Below, one piece after another: positions 40,935 to 55,220 of a stretch of DNA of 64,000 nt. The notes under the pieces are model-generated. The model was not told the origin of the DNA, made no database searches, and saw nothing but the letters and a program-made list of their open reading frames with translations. The stretch lies in contig NC_092676.1 of assembly GCF_964355755.1 (NCBI RefSeq), forward strand, positions 21,594,871-21,658,870, read 5' to 3'. The position numbers and the translations under genes were made by a program. This DNA is from Antedon mediterranea (lineage: Eukaryota > Animalia > Echinodermata). How positions within the stretch are numbered: the stretch's first letter is position 1; each line of letters starts with the position of its first letter.

Positions 40935-43900
40935 ATTTCTTTTCTTTTCTTTCATTTATTTGGCATCTCAATATATAACATTAAAAATACATCAATAATA
41001 TAAATAATCACCTTAAATATTAAAATACATCAAAAAAGCAAATAAAAATGGCGGGATTAATGAAGTCTGACGATGCACAGGAAAATACATAAAGTTGTTT
41101 AAAGTAAAACAACTTAATTCTAATGTGGTCCCTAAAAAGATAGTAATTATAATTTTAACAAAACAAACATTATAAGACGGGGTTCATAAATTATAAGCAT
41201 ATAAGCAAAACATCTGATATACAGTAATGGCACAATAATAATTTATCTATGTTTAATTTTGTAATACTGTTTCAATTCAGTTTTAAATTTAGATGTGTTG
41301 GAAATGTGTTTAATATAGTCAGGAAGGTTATTCCATTCTCTGATTGCATTAAAATAGAATGTATTACTTTCTATGCCTTGGACTTTAGGTACAACAAAAT
41401 TGAGTTTACTACCACGAGTGAAGTGACCATGTAAGTTATTAACTCTACGAAAGTTTTCGCTTAGGTATGAAGCACTTCTGCCCATAAATATTTTATGAAC
41501 TTGGCTAATTTGCAAGAACTTTACTCGATATTTTACATTTAACAATCCATAATCGTCTAATTGATCAGCACCTATATGTCTTCTGGGTTCAACTCCTTTT
41601 ATGAGTCTAACCATTTTGTTTTGAGTAATTTGTAGTTTTCTTTGGATAGCTTTACTGGTTCCACAGAACCAAGAAGATGCAGCATAATCAAAAACACATT
41701 GGATGAGAGCAGAGCATAATAGTTTACGATTCTTACAACTTAGTATCTTACGTTGGCGGTACATAAACTTAAGCCTATTATTAATTTTCTTAATGGTTTT
41801 ACATGCATATTCAGAACACGTTAAATTTTGATCTATTTCAATACCCAGATACTTGACACAATTACTAGTGTTGATATTGTTACCATTTGTTGAGACATTA
41901 AAATTGTTAACATTTTTAGTTTTTCTCTTAGAACCAAATAGTATACACTCAGTTGTATCCAGGTTAATTGTTAATTTATTGTCTACAAGCCAATCACACA
42001 ATTGCACTGTCATCAGCGTATAGAAGGAGTTTACAATCAGGATCAATACAAGTTACCATGTCATTAACAAAACATAACAACAAAAGGGGTCCAAGGATAG
42101 ATACTTCCTTGAGGAACCCCGCATGTAACAGTACAAGATTGAGAGCAATGATCATCAACAGTTACTATTTGCTTTCTTATTGATAAGTAAGATTTGAACC
42201 ATTCAATAGATCCAATACCCATTAATTTAAGCTTATTACATAAAATGTCATGATACCATACCCGAGAAATTTCCCTTAGAAGTTTGGGTTTTAAGGGAAT
42301 CAACTAAGTCTATCAAACATGTGTCAGTAGAGAAGGCAGCTCGAAATCCAAATTGATATTTATACAATACGTTGTTTTCAGTAAGGTATTTTTTGATTTG
42401 AATAAAAACAGCCTTCTCTAAAATTTAAGACATTGTACTGAGTATACTTATAGGGTGATAGTTTCCAATATCGGTTCTACTACCTTTTTTATAAAGAGGT
42501 ATGACCTTGGCCTTTTTCATGTCTTCTGGGACTGTACTGGTACTAATTGATAAATTAATTATGTAGGTAATGGGAACTTTTAGAATTTCAGCCCCATCTT
42601 TTATGAAGCGGGCAGGTATCTTATCGACACCAGTGCTTTTTGTCGCATTAAGTTTGTTTAATTCACTATATATAAAGTCTTCATCCACTGAGTTGAGCAT
42701 AAAGTTATTTCCACTAACGGTTCTATAGAAATCCTTAAGTTTGGACGACGTACAGTCTACACATTCTTAATCTTAGGGGATGGAAGTTTACTGACCAAAT
42801 TGGCTGCAATAGTAGTAAAATATTCGTTGAAGCAAGAAGCAATTTTGGCTGGGTCGAAACATTTAGTACCATTGGGCAGGTCAATAACCGTTTTAGCACT
42901 ATCCTTAGATGTACATATTACTATAGCCTAGACCTTTAAACATTTTCCATAATTTTTTAGGGTTATTTTTATTTTCTTCAGCCTTGTTTAACAAATGATT
43001 TGATTTAGCTTTATTTATATCGCGCTGTATTTTATTTCTTAGTTTGCGAAATTGTATTAATAAGTCGGTATTATTCTTGTTTTTATTATACATATTTAAT
43101 AATTTATCTCTGGTTTCAATGTCTTGTATTATTTCTCTAGTTAACCATGGTTCCGTTCTTTGTTTCATCTTAATGTGTTTAAGGGGGGCAATGGAATCAA
43201 TAGCAGCCAAAAGTAATGCATTAAATTTATACAGAGCTTCATTTACATCTCCGATAGAGGTAACTACTGACCAATCGATATCTATTAGTATGTTTCTAAA
43301 TTCTAAATCAACGGTATAGTTTTTTAGTGATCTGATATATACATTTTTATGTCCATTGAACTTAAGTTTAATAGTTTTCCGTGTACAAAATGTCATTAAG
43401 TGATCGCTTTGACCTGTTGCGATTGTACCCGATTGGCTTATCTTATTCTCATTATTACATAATATATGATCGAGGCATGAAGCAACTGTAGGGCATATCC
43501 TAGTTGGTTCAGTTACTTTGTTACTTAAACTAAACATACTTAGAATTTGATTATAGCTATTCAATAAAGATGACTTTGTTAAAGTACATATATTAAAATC
43601 GCCAACAACAATTAATTCACTGTCCATCCAATTTTAGATAACATATTTTCAAACAGAGTTAGAAAGTTCGTTTGCTTTGGTGGTCTGTAACATGTTCCAA
43701 TTATAATGGGTTTGGTTTTAGGCAGGTTCAGTTCAATCCAAAGTACTTCAGCTTCGTCGGATTCAATATCTGAACGCCGGTTAAACGCGATGTCATCCCT
43801 TATATACGTACATACGCCACCGCCTTTGCGGTCGCGATCTCTTCGTAGAACTGAGTAACCTTCAATTTTAATTTCGTTGTCAGATACCGAATCATCAATC

Positions 43901-45270
43901 CATGAATCATCAATCCATGTTTCGCTAATGGAGATAATACCAGCTTTACTTTTATATGCAATATCGCGCAGTTCCGGTAGTTTGGGGATCATTGATCTTG
44001 TATTTAAGTGTAGAATGTGTATTCCTTTCTGTTTAAACCGCATGAAGTCTTCAGGAGCGACATTATAATTAGATAATGGGGGTGGCGTTCTTAATCCTAT
44101 GTCATCGTTATGATTTCCACAGGAATCAAATGGGAGATGTTTCCAGCTGCATTCCACGCATACATAATCAAATTCAGTATTGTTGTTTACAATGTACTTG
44201 TATCTTTTGGGCGTCATGAAACCATCAGTACACTTTATATGAGTCCACTTATTACACTCATCACACGATATTGCTATGCTTCTGGTAGTGACGCGCCGTT
44301 GACATTTACCACAGCAATTGTTTGATACAGGTACATTCGCTGGTCCAGGATTGGATTCGATGTCACCACACCATAGTAAGCAGATAATTAAAGTTCTACA
44401 TGCAAGCTGTCTGGGGTTCCGATGAAAATTATAATCATAATGCGAGAATTTTTTGGTTGATGTAAATAGGTACGTATAACACTCACCGACTACATTCTTA
44501 AAATCATTCGATGTATGGTTATCCAGATAAATTGAAGAAGGGCATAACTTATGAATGACTTGTTCATGTTCAGGATGATGGTGTGATCTTTTCAACACCA
44601 TAACATATAGCGACAGCGCCAGAAAAATACCATTCATACTTCCCGCCATATGATGTATCCTTATACACAAATAGAAAGGAAAAGTACACTCACCAATTGT
44701 GCTTGACGAAAACAAAGGCCAGCACATCCTTGCTCTGCAGCGGAATGTATCGAGTTATGCGGTAACAAAATGACAATGTGTCCAGGTGGTCATGGAATGC
44801 AAGTGAATTCGCTTCGTCGTTTGGTTGTTAAAAGTCAATAGCTAGATTCTTAGTTAGTACCCTTATCCAATGTTCAGCAGGGTTACCAAAATGAAAAACA
44901 TCACAGATACACAATCAATCGAAATACAGTTACAGTTACAGTTACAGAGTCCAAACTTTCACTGTAAAACTACCGGTAAAACTATAATACAAACAATCAA
45001 TACTAAAAAAATAGCAGGTTAAGATTCGGTAAAACAGCAGGTTAAAATTCATAAAAAACAGCAGGTTAAAATGTAATAAAAGTTGTTCAGGTATAGCATA
45101 AAATAGCGTTTGTGATAGCGAATTAATTCCAGTCATAGCTCAGGCCGGTTGCGATAGGTCATCGGCATCTACTGTAGTCCCCTTTTACAATCAATGGTGT
45201 AGGCGAGAATATTTGAGTTGAAAGCAACTATCGGGGCCTAGCGGAGCTCGCTCTTAACACGACCGTGCTT
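40935..45270 (-). mobile_element. Near full-length CR1/Crack-type LINE: 2A-like peptide, PHD finger, AP endonuclease, RT; frameshifted
   Basis: GDIESNPGP; CGKC..CDECNKWTHIKC..CVEC; LNTRS, ISETW, YRPP, GDFN, SDH; KSTGVDKIP, GVPQG, YADD; LINE-type 5' end gagctccgc near 45241-45270. Confidence 0.92.
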
Positions 45271-46410
45271 GAATGAGATTGAGCTACCGAGTCATCTCTG
45301 CTGATTTGGCTAGAAATTCCTCATATTCCTCGTCACCAAACATTGGCTTAATATTTGTTACAGATTAAGAGTGAAACAGAACTACATAATGTGAATGGTG
45401 TTTCTTTGAGGCATATTCGGCCAATTCTTTCTTCTAGTTCTGAAACCATCGGCTAAATTGTAACTGTTGCCTCAGATGGTATAGGACCAGGAACTCTTTT
45501 CTTAACCTGCTCTATCTCATTCCGTATACCTATGAAGGCACTCATGTTAGCAACACCATGCCCGTCTATCATCAGCAGCAGTCAATTGTTCTACCAACTT
45601 TTCCAGTTCTTGAAAAAAAATCATTGAAAGTATCACCAGGACGACCCTTGTTAAGATGGCGCAGATCCAAAACTAGATCAACATCTTCAGTTTCAACAGC
45701 TAGTTTTATCATCAATGATGCATGTGTATTCCTCTACATATCATGTTTTACCTATATGACAGGAATTCAAATAAATCACATCAATATTTAAAGAAATACT
45801 GAATAATGTAAACTCTATCTGGGTGTTACAGCTAATGTTTACGCGAACATTTACCTCCCGAATTCCATTTTGTTTGTCTGCATTGTCATCCATATTTTGG
45901 AGACTTGCACCACAACTGCTGTAGAGAATTTTCAATTTCTTGTCTTGACGTTTAGGTTGTGCTTTAAGCGTGAAGACAATGCCACTTTAGGCATTCTTCG
46001 CACTGAATAACAATACTTTGCTGTTTGAGCAATAGGGTTAGAGGAGAGGCCATGACCCTTACTTCCTGGGTCAGTAGAATCTTTCTGCAGAATAAAAAAA
46101 GGTAGTGTATTTATTAAATAAACAATACTGTGATGAATACATTTATTTTGTGATTGATTTTAGTATTAATAGATATACTGTACCTTTCCATAAACTGCAT
46201 CAAACTGTAGGTATGTGTCAACCATCAGGTACAGGATCTGGTAGATGATGGATTTGTTTAAAGACATCTGCAGGAAGTCTATGAGGCCGGCAGCAGAAGT
46301 ACAGTACATTTGAGTAAATACTGAACATGTAGTGTCTGACACGACAGTGTTTCTGGGTTTTCATCTCTGGTGCTAATGAATCATCGACCTGATAGAAAAT
46401 GTATATATAT

Positions 46411-49400
46411 ATACTGCACTTAGAACATATAAGACAAACATATACACAAGATGCTCTACACAGACAAAGACTTGCGTTTCAGAAAAAAATGTGGGCTATT
46501 AATATGTTTTAAAAGTCCATAACCTGTTATATAATGTGTTACTTAAAAGTGATTTTCTGACTTTTTGGATGTACAGTATAATTTACTGTTTGAACAATTG
46601 AATTTCAATACATACCAATAGGCATACCCATAATATGTTTTAAAAGTCCATAACCTGTTATATAATGTGTTACTTAAGTGATTTTCTGACTTTTTGGATG
46701 TACAGTATAATTTACTGTTTGAACAATTGAATTTCAATACATACCAATAGGCATACCCATAGGCATACTGCTGACAAAACAATAGATGAAATAAAATCAT
46801 ATATTTTCAGTACTTACACTGGATAAAACTTTCCATATTTTGAGATTACATAAGCTTTCCTGGAGGCGAGATTCAACTGCACATCATCACTTATTAAAAT
46901 GAAACTTAACATGTCTTGTTTCCTCGTCCTTCAAAGAGGGATAATTAATAATCACGCTTTTTTCCATTTGCATATTCTCATCGTTGGTTGGCAATCTGTT
47001 CCACAGAGAATTGTGTGCAATTGATACCATGTTGTTAACTGTGCCTTGTATTATTCGGTGGCACAGTTCATTCGGAATTTGCCCAGACATAGAAGCATTT
47101 TGTTACATCTTTATCCTGGTACACCGTGTACTCAGGCAATTTCACCTGGGACACTCATTCCCTTGTGTGGATAGACGATGTAGACGGTATACAATACTGA
47201 CAAATCACTTTTCCTATCAGAATATCCAACAATAATTCTGCCCCTAATGCCTCATAGCAGAGGTGCTTCAGATCTTCGTTAGTCAAACCGCCATCTATAA
47301 AAACAAACAAAAAACCATAAACATAAAATATGGTAATTTTGATAATAGTTAAATATGGTTTTATCAGATGGGACCTTACAATTTCTCCACCTCTGTTCTG
47401 TAATTAAATTGAAAATTATGCAAGGCTACTACTACCTGAAGTATAATTGAGATTATATAAGCTTTCCTGGAGGCAAGATTCAACTGCTCATCATCTTAGA
47501 TTTTGTGGTGTAAAAATATCAAGCAAATGTTATTTATCCATTTGTGATTTTCTTTCACATAGAAAATTAATATATCACATGTGTGTTTATTTTATTTTAT
47601 TTTATTCAATTTTCAGGCACAACAATATATGACAACACAGCGGTGCAGCACCCTGAGGATTGCCATGAGTGCAAAGCACTATCGAGATGGCTCTCCATAT
47701 ACTGCACTTAGAACATATAAGACAAACATATACACAAGATGCTCTACACAGACAAAGACTTGCGTTTCAGAAAAAAATGTGGGCTATTAATATGTTTTAA
47801 AAGTCCATAACCTGTTATATAATGTGTTACTTAAGTGATTTTCTGACTTTTTGGATGTACAGTATAATTTACTGTTTGAACAATTGAATTTCAATACATA
47901 CCAATAGGCATACCCATAGGCCTGACAAAACAATAGATGAAATAAAATCATATATTTTCAGTACTTACACTGGATAAAACTTTCCATATTTTGGACCTTA
48001 AAAGGATGCCTTTTATTCCTGGTGTTGGGATAAGTTCCCCTAATGCCTCATAGCAGAGGTGCTTCAGATCATCGTTAGTCAAACCGCCATCTATAAAAAC
48101 AAACAAAAAACCATAAACATAAAATATGGTAATTTTGATAATAGTTAAATATGGTGTTATGAGATGGGACCTTACAATTTCTCCACCTCTGTTCTGTAAT
48201 TAAATTGAAAATTATGCAAGGCTACTAATACCTGAAGTATAATTGAGATTATATAAGCTTTCCTGGAGGCGAGATTCAACTGCGCATCATCACTTATTAA
48301 AATGAAACTTAACATGTCTTGTTTCCTCGTCCTTCAAAGAGGGATAATTAATAATCACGCTTTTTGCCATTTGCATATTCTCATCATTGGTTGGCAATCT
48401 GTTCCACAGAGAATTGTGTGCAATTGATACCATGTTGTTAACTGTGCCTTGTATTATTCGGTGGCACAGTTCATTCGGAATTTGCCCAGACATAGAAGCA
48501 TTTTGTTACATCTTTATCCTGGTACACCGTGTACTCGGGCAATTTCACCTGGGACACTCATTCCCTTGTGCGGATAGACGATGTAGACGGTATACAATAC
48601 TGACAAATCACTTTTCCTATCAGAATATCCAACAATAATTCTGCTCATAAAATTCCTAACAAAATTTATTTACAAATATTCAATTAAAACATCTATAGGA
48701 AAACAATATGCTGATTACATGTGACATGTCTCCTTTTACTGTCAATGCAAATGTGACTAGGATTGCGTGCAATCTTAGATTTTGTGGTGTAAAAATATAA
48801 GACAAATGTTATTTATCCATATGTGATTTTCCTTTCACATAGAAAATGAATATATCACATGTGTGACAAGCGTTTCAGGGAAAAATGTGGTTTATTATGT
48901 TTTAAAAGTCCATAACCTGTTATATAATGTGTTACTTAAGTGATTTTCTGACTTTTTTGATGTACAGTATAATTTACTGTTTGAACAATTGAATTTAAAT
49001 ACATACCAATAGGCGTACCCATAGGCCTACTACTGAAAAAACAGTAGATGAAAATAAAATAATATTTTGTCAGTACTTAATACAATGGATAAAACTTTCC
49101 ATATTTTGGACCTTAAAAGGATGCCTTTTATTCCTGGTGTTGGGATAAGTTCCCCTAATGCCTCATAGCAGAGGTGCTTCAGATCATCGTTAGTCAAACC
49201 GCCATCTATTAAAAAAAAAAAACCCATAAACATAAAATATGGTAAATTTGATAGTTAAATGTGGTGTTATGAGATGGGACCTTACAATTTCTCCACCTCT
49301 GTTCTGTAATTAAATTGAAAATTATGCAAGGCTACTAATACCTGAAGTATAATTGAGATTATAAAGCTTTCCTGGAGGCGAGATTCAACTGCGCATCATC

Positions 49401-49945
49401 ACTTATTAAAATGAAACTTGCATGTCTTGTTTCCTCGTCCTTCAAAGAGGGATAAGTAATAATCACGCTTTTTGCCATTTCCATAATCTCGTCGTTGGTT
49501 GGCAATCTGTTCCACTGAGAATTGTGTTCAATTGATACCATGTTATTAACTGTGCCTTGTATTATTCGGTGGCACAGTTCATCGGGAATTTGCCCAGACA
49601 TAGAAGCATTTGTTACATCTTTATCCTGGTACACTGTGTACTCAGGCAATTTCACCTGGAACACCCATTCCCGATACTGGCAAATCACTTTTCCTATCAG
49701 AATATTCAACAATAATTTTCTGCTCATGAAATTCCTAACAAAATTTAATACCTGAAGTATAATTCCTGAAGTATAATTGAGATTATATAAGCTTTCCAGG
49801 AGGCGAGATCCAACTGCGCATCATCACTTACATGTCTTGTCCACGGAGAATTGTGTGCAATTGATACCATGTTGTTAACTATGCCTCGTATTATCAGGTG
49901 GCGCAGTTCATTAGGAATTTGCCCAGACATGGAAGCATTTGTTAC
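46411..49945. repeat. Tandem segmental repeats of ~1.1-1.4 kb (3 copies plus fragments)
   Basis: tcacttattaaaatgaaactt at 46887, 48290 and 49399; near-identical ORFs; internal ~120-bp duplication at 46500-46760. Confidence 0.92.
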
Positions 49946-50805
49946 TGGTCGAGGACTTCATCTTGCCTAGAATCTTGGACAGAAATCTGGCACTCACGGT
50001 CCGTGTTTTTTTTGCTGGCGTTGCAACAAAGGGCTGACAAGGAGCTTGTCCTCCGGCAACGATAATTTCATGGTCACTGAGTTGACCATGTGACCCAAAA
50101 ACCTGATCTCTGTGACTGGTATCAGAGACGATTTCTCCAAATTTAGGAGCAGACCAAGTTGGTCTTACCATTCGACCACCATGTTCCTCTGAGCTATACA
50201 TTGCTCGTATGAATCATTAGTAGAATTTTGTTTAGGTATATCACTAGCCTGAGTCCCAATGTCGGAGGTGACTCATGACAGGCTTCATCATTTTGGTGAA
50301 AACCTGCGGTGCTGAGCTGAGTCTAAATGGGCACACTTGGAACTCGAATTGCGTTGTGTTGCTTCAAAAGGAATTGCTGGGTCTGTTTAGATCTGTAGCT
50401 CTTATAGGGACGAAAAGAATTTCCCTTCCATTTGAGTTCCTGACATAGTAGTTTTTGGAAAAGTACTTCCCATAGCTTTTGCTACAACTCGCTTTTTCTT
50501 TTCCTGCTTATCAATATCTTTTTACCCATTCATTTCCATCCGGGTCGGCTTTCGGAGCCTCAAAGAAGGCTTTTACCGATGCATCAGATGCAAGACCTGC
50601 CACCAACTCCTCTCTCTTGGCCTTGGTCAGTATGTTAGTTTGTTGACTTTTCCAGAAAGTGAGAAACATTTGCGGGGGAATATAGCCCACTGGCCTAGCA
50701 TGAAGATCAGTAAGAGGTTCTTCCTCTTCCAGTGCTGTAGGGGGAGCGATTGGGACTGGATGTGCCTTCTTTGCGTCCGAGAAACCTGTCAGTCCAGGCA
50801 TAGTA
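49945..50805 (-). mobile_element. DIRS-type (YR) retrotransposon fragments
   Basis: QFEFQVCPFRLSSAPQVFTKMMKPVMS (~50272-50352) resembles DIRS RT; flanking ORF1-like pieces. Confidence 0.6.
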
Positions 50806-52200
50806 TGAAAGATAACGACGATAAGGACTAGGACTGCATCTATTTCGTTGAAACTGGTTGGAGCGATTATAAGAAGGGCTGGGACTTCTATATCGATTGG
50901 GGCGGTAAGGACTGGAGTTACGATTATGATGTGAGCTAGGGTGTCGATAATTATAAAGACAGGTATTGGTAGTGTCGGTAAGGATGGGGACTATGGTTTC
51001 TGAGGCTAAAGGAACGAGCTGAATAATTTGGATATTTAGAATCTGATTCAAATGAATCCTTACGACTTTTTCGGTCTGTCAGAAGCTGGGCTACTCTCAA
51101 TTTTAAATTGCTAATTTCTTTTCGTAACATATCAGTCTCTAAAACCTACTGAATTAATGGGAATTGAGGCGGGTGGGTACAATTTACTAGCTTCATGGGA
51201 ATATTCAATGTTTTGAGCGACTTTTAAAGCTTCAGAAATATTTGAAACACCATGCTCAAGTCCTGCCCGGAATTGCCTAAAAATTTTCCCCTTCTGCTGA
51301 GAATGTCTGCATAAACCTGCAGTCGAGGTGCCACATGTTTTGTTGTTTTTTTTTGTTTGATGTTTGACTTCAGTAAAGGTAAACTTTGTTTGGGATGGGA
51401 GATTATCCCAGAAGGTGACAGCAGCGTCAGCAAGACGGGATGGCAATATCCACACTTTTTTCAATAGGGTAGCTGGAGGGTTGTGGCGTCTAATGCAACT
51501 TCAGTCGGCAGCACCAAACACAAAAATCTTCAGTGCCGTTACCTAAAAAAATGGGGTTAAGTCAATCTTAAAGGGCATGTTATGTGTGACGGAGGGAGAT
51601 TGCGAGACAGGAGGAGAAGGAAACAATGGAAGGGGACGGGTAAGTAAAGAGGTGGAGGTAATGACAGTTGTTAATGGTTGGGTCAGAAGACTAGCCTGTC
51701 TCTGTTGACACTGAGCAGTAGCCATTGAGTCAGTGTCTGTGATGGTATGCGAACGTAAAAACATTTTGAAAACAAGAGAAAGTAGGTCTAAATTTTCCAA
51801 GTTTATAGGACTTACTTCTCACTCTTTTCTGTCCTCAGTTTCCTGAAATTGGGGCTGGACGTGTATTTTTTCAGATCTAATTCACTTCAATCTCACTTCC
51901 TTCTGCTCCTCAAACGTTAGTAGTTTTGTCCTCCTATAATCACATGTTTATCAGTCGTATGTAGTTTTTCTTTACTGTATGTGTGTGTGTTCTCCTTCTC
52001 TGGTGTATTGTATATTCCTGCTTGGCTACGTTGGGTTCAAATAGGTGTGGGAACCAGTTGTAACGTGGGGTTTTGGATATCTTCCCCTTAATTCATGATA
52101 ATTACTTAATGTTAATAGGACGATAATAAACACACTACAGACCAATCACATTACACTTAATTGAAAACTATAATAGATCCTCAACATAATTATCAATTGC
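50806..52200 (-). mobile_element. Gypsy 5' remnant: gag, tRNA-Glu PBS, LTR end
   Basis: gag LPSRLADAAVTFWDNLP, RQFRAGL and an RS-rich tail; GGTGTGGGAACCA at 52044-52056; LTR edge TGTAAC at 52059; far LTR boundary uncertain. Confidence 0.7.
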
Positions 52201-53555
52201 AAAATATTTATGGCGCTACTACTACCATAGGTTAAAAGTACTTTTTAATTACTAAAATTATAACTAGTCTATCTACTATGCAGCTAATTTTCATATTTAA
52301 TTAGATTAATTAATATACAAATAATTACAATTTCAATTCAATTCAACAAAATTTATTTCATCAATGGCTCAGTATAACTAACAAATAGTTAAAAGATATA
52401 AAATAGATTTGATATAAAGAAACCATAATAGGATCATTACTAGAAGATAAAAAAAATATTGTGACGTAAAGACCCTTTTATAATAGTAATGAATATTTAC
52501 ATTGTTGATTTACAGACTAAACAAATTAAAATTTGATCAATAAAATGTTCTTTCCCTGAAAAACATTATTTTTAATTTATTTTATTTATTTTTTTTTGTT
52601 TTTTTAAAATATTACTGTCCAGGAAAATTGTGATGATTGTTCAAGTGTTTCGATTGAATATTATTAAGCTACCAGGATTATTGGTAGTCCTTGCAAACAA
52701 AATTATATTTCCCATATGCTCCAACACAGTCCTCATGATGGTGCAGGCTGGCCTTGGCTCCGCTGCTTTTGATCTTGTTACGCTCATTTTAGTAGTGATA
52801 ATCAAATTATTACACAAAGTATACAGTATACGTTGTGAATTATTAGCGGAATAAATCAGGTTTATGGCGGAGCTGAAATTTCTACGTCTTCACACGACCA
52901 TGACGAAACACCATCTTAATCTTAATTAAGCTTAATGTTTATTAGTTGAATAGGCTTAATGTTTATTAATGTTTATAAGTTGAAGTGAGAATAAATAAAT
53001 TATTTATTGGCAAATGCCTTCAAACGCTCTATTAGTGCGTCCCTCTCTTTTTCTCTCTCTCTTCTGAAAACCGCCTCCTCCCTCTGCAATTGCATCTCTT
53101 GCCTTCTAACCTCTAACTCCTTTTTCTTAAGATCCAGTTCTCTATTCTTCATAGTTGTGTAATTATGAAGTGAATTTGTATTCAGCTTTTTTTTTTTCAC
53201 TGGTTTTATCTGCCATAAATTTAACAGTACACCATCATAAATTTTGCGAGTATTAACCGTTTCTGAAGATGTTTTGAAAAAAGTCTAGGTTTTATGACAC
53301 AATTTGTCATGATATATTTTAGAATATAAAATATGAGAGCAATCAAGTAGATTTTTTTTTCTTCACTGGATGAGGTTGTACATATGATTTTAATAATCAT
53401 TGCTGTGTCATCACCACCCAGGGTTAAAATGTTCATGCTTGTTTTCAAAATGAATTAGAATTACTTTAACTTTATATTTTATCTTACTCTTTATTTATTA
53501 TTTATATATAGAGTAACTAACCTCTATTTACTGGACTCAATGTTTCCAATCATGG

Positions 53556-53709
53556 CCATAGCATCAACATGATTCTACCATAGCATCAACATGATTCTAC
53601 CATAGCATCAACATGAGTCTACCATAGCATCAACATGAGTCTACCATAGGATCAACATGAGTCTACCATAGCATCAACATGAGTCTACCATAGCATCAAC
53701 ATGAGTCTA
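53556..53709. repeat. 22-bp minisatellite, 7 copies
   Basis: (CCATAGCATCAACATGA[T/G]TCTA)x7. Confidence 0.95.
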
Positions 53710-54300
53710 CTGACATAGAATTATTCTTCATTGTTCAAGTTTAGGAATAGCATTTTTCTTATCAACCTCTACATACTTAAAACTTGCAATACCAATGCTC
53801 AATTCAACGTAGGTAAAATGCAAGTACATCGATTTTACGTTGCTTATGATTCAATTCATTGGACAAAGCGTTCAATTAATGTTCTTAGAATCAAAGTAAT
53901 TACTCCCTCAAATAGGTCCGAGGGTAACCCCTGAGACATATGATAATGGCGCAACTGGTTAAAGGGAGAGTTCTTTTTTATTCCATAAATACAAGCTAAA
54001 TCCAAATTATTGCTACCAGCTTCAGCTTCCTCATTCCAGGTTTCCTTGTTCGCCCTTGACCGAAATATGTCTTCATCATATTATTGTGCATATTGTGCTT
54101 TCTGGAGTTGCAACATCTACACTTCATTGAGCACCTAAATTGTCTGCAGCCACAAACGAAATTGTCCCAAAGAAATGATATTCCCATCAAGTTTGACTGT
54201 TATACATTCTGTCTCTAGTATCTGAATATCCCTTATTAGTGGTCCCAGAACTTGTTCAATTCCATACTTTTTGATAATGATGTGTTTGGTATATGCATGG
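53710..54300 (-). mobile_element. CACTA/EnSpm (Mirage-like) transposase remnant
   Basis: KKYGIEQVLGPLIRDIQILE, FGTISFVAADNLGAQ, GLPSDLFEGVI. Confidence 0.75.
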
Positions 54301-55019
54301 GGTTGCAATTTACCGGGAATTTAGTTGATAATGTGCTTGAGGCATGGCCTTCTGTGTTATGACAACGGCGGCATAGTGTGATATTCATGGGGGCCTCCTT
54401 TGTTCCCATAATCAGCGTTCTTCGTGTATACATAGGCGCTTCGGTCAGTTGGCCGATCTAAAAGAGAAATAGAATTATTTTAAGGCAACATTGTGATTTT
54501 TATTTTAGAATGAGAAATTGTATGTTATAACCAAAGATGTAAAAAGATTTAATTGGAAAATTATGAAAACGAAACTCTAACGCATTGATTTTCCCCCGAT
54601 TTTTCATACATCCAGAATAATTTCGTTGTTACGTAATAAATAGTTGAATAGTAAATTTTAATAGGATTGGAAATTGTGGCGGAAGTTGTATTATAAATAG
54701 TCTGAAAATTGCGGTAATTTCCTCTAGGACGGGTCCCTCTATGGAAAGCCTTCTTTTTTATGGGGCTTCCTCTAGCTTCTGGAACCGACACCTTTTCGGG
54801 ATTAATAAATCGATCAACCGCTTCCATGTCAACATCAAAGTCACCTGTGTTTGTGTAGACCTGAAAGATCATATTTTATAAAGAACGTTCATATATTATT
54901 GTTGAATTGATAATATGGCAAGCCTCAGCTGTCTGAAGTATTCAAAATATTATATTATTATATCATTTTTTATTATATTGAATTATAATATTATTGTATT
55001 ATATTAAACGCATTTAGTT

Positions 55020-55220
55020 TATACTTTACTCTCTTAATGTAAAAGAGTGAAAATCCACTCTTTTCGAGTGAATTTTCTCTCTTTTGATGGTATTAAGGAC
55101 CACTCTTCAAAGAGTGGAACTATTCACTCTTTGAAAGAGTGGAAAAAGAGTGATAGTCACTCTTTAAAAAGAGTGAGAGCTCACTCTTTTATAGTATTTT
55201 CACTTTTTTGAAATGCAGTA
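55020..55220. repeat. CACTA-type subterminal repeat array
   Basis: Many alternating CACTCTT / AAGAGTG units ending near gcagt at 55219. Confidence 0.65.

Larger units (their letters stand above)
39540..49930 (-). mobile_element. Spliced SAMD3-like accessory gene remnant of a CACTA/EnSpm-type transposon, interrupted by BEL and LINE inserts
   Basis: Exons DGGLTNDDLKHLCYEALGELIP..LLRSKIWK (SAM-like) and LPTNDEIMEMAKSVIITYPSLKDE; C-terminal part at 39560-40250 is homologous to 56590-57530; family assignment is from recall. Confidence 0.5.

Noticed and set aside
53000-53200. Coiled-coil ORF as a host gene
   Set aside because: Isolated fragment among TE debris; resembles a transposon accessory protein tail but is not assignable
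53556-53709. CRISPR-like array
   Set aside because: Repeats are head-to-tail with no unique spacers; eukaryotic context and no cas genes
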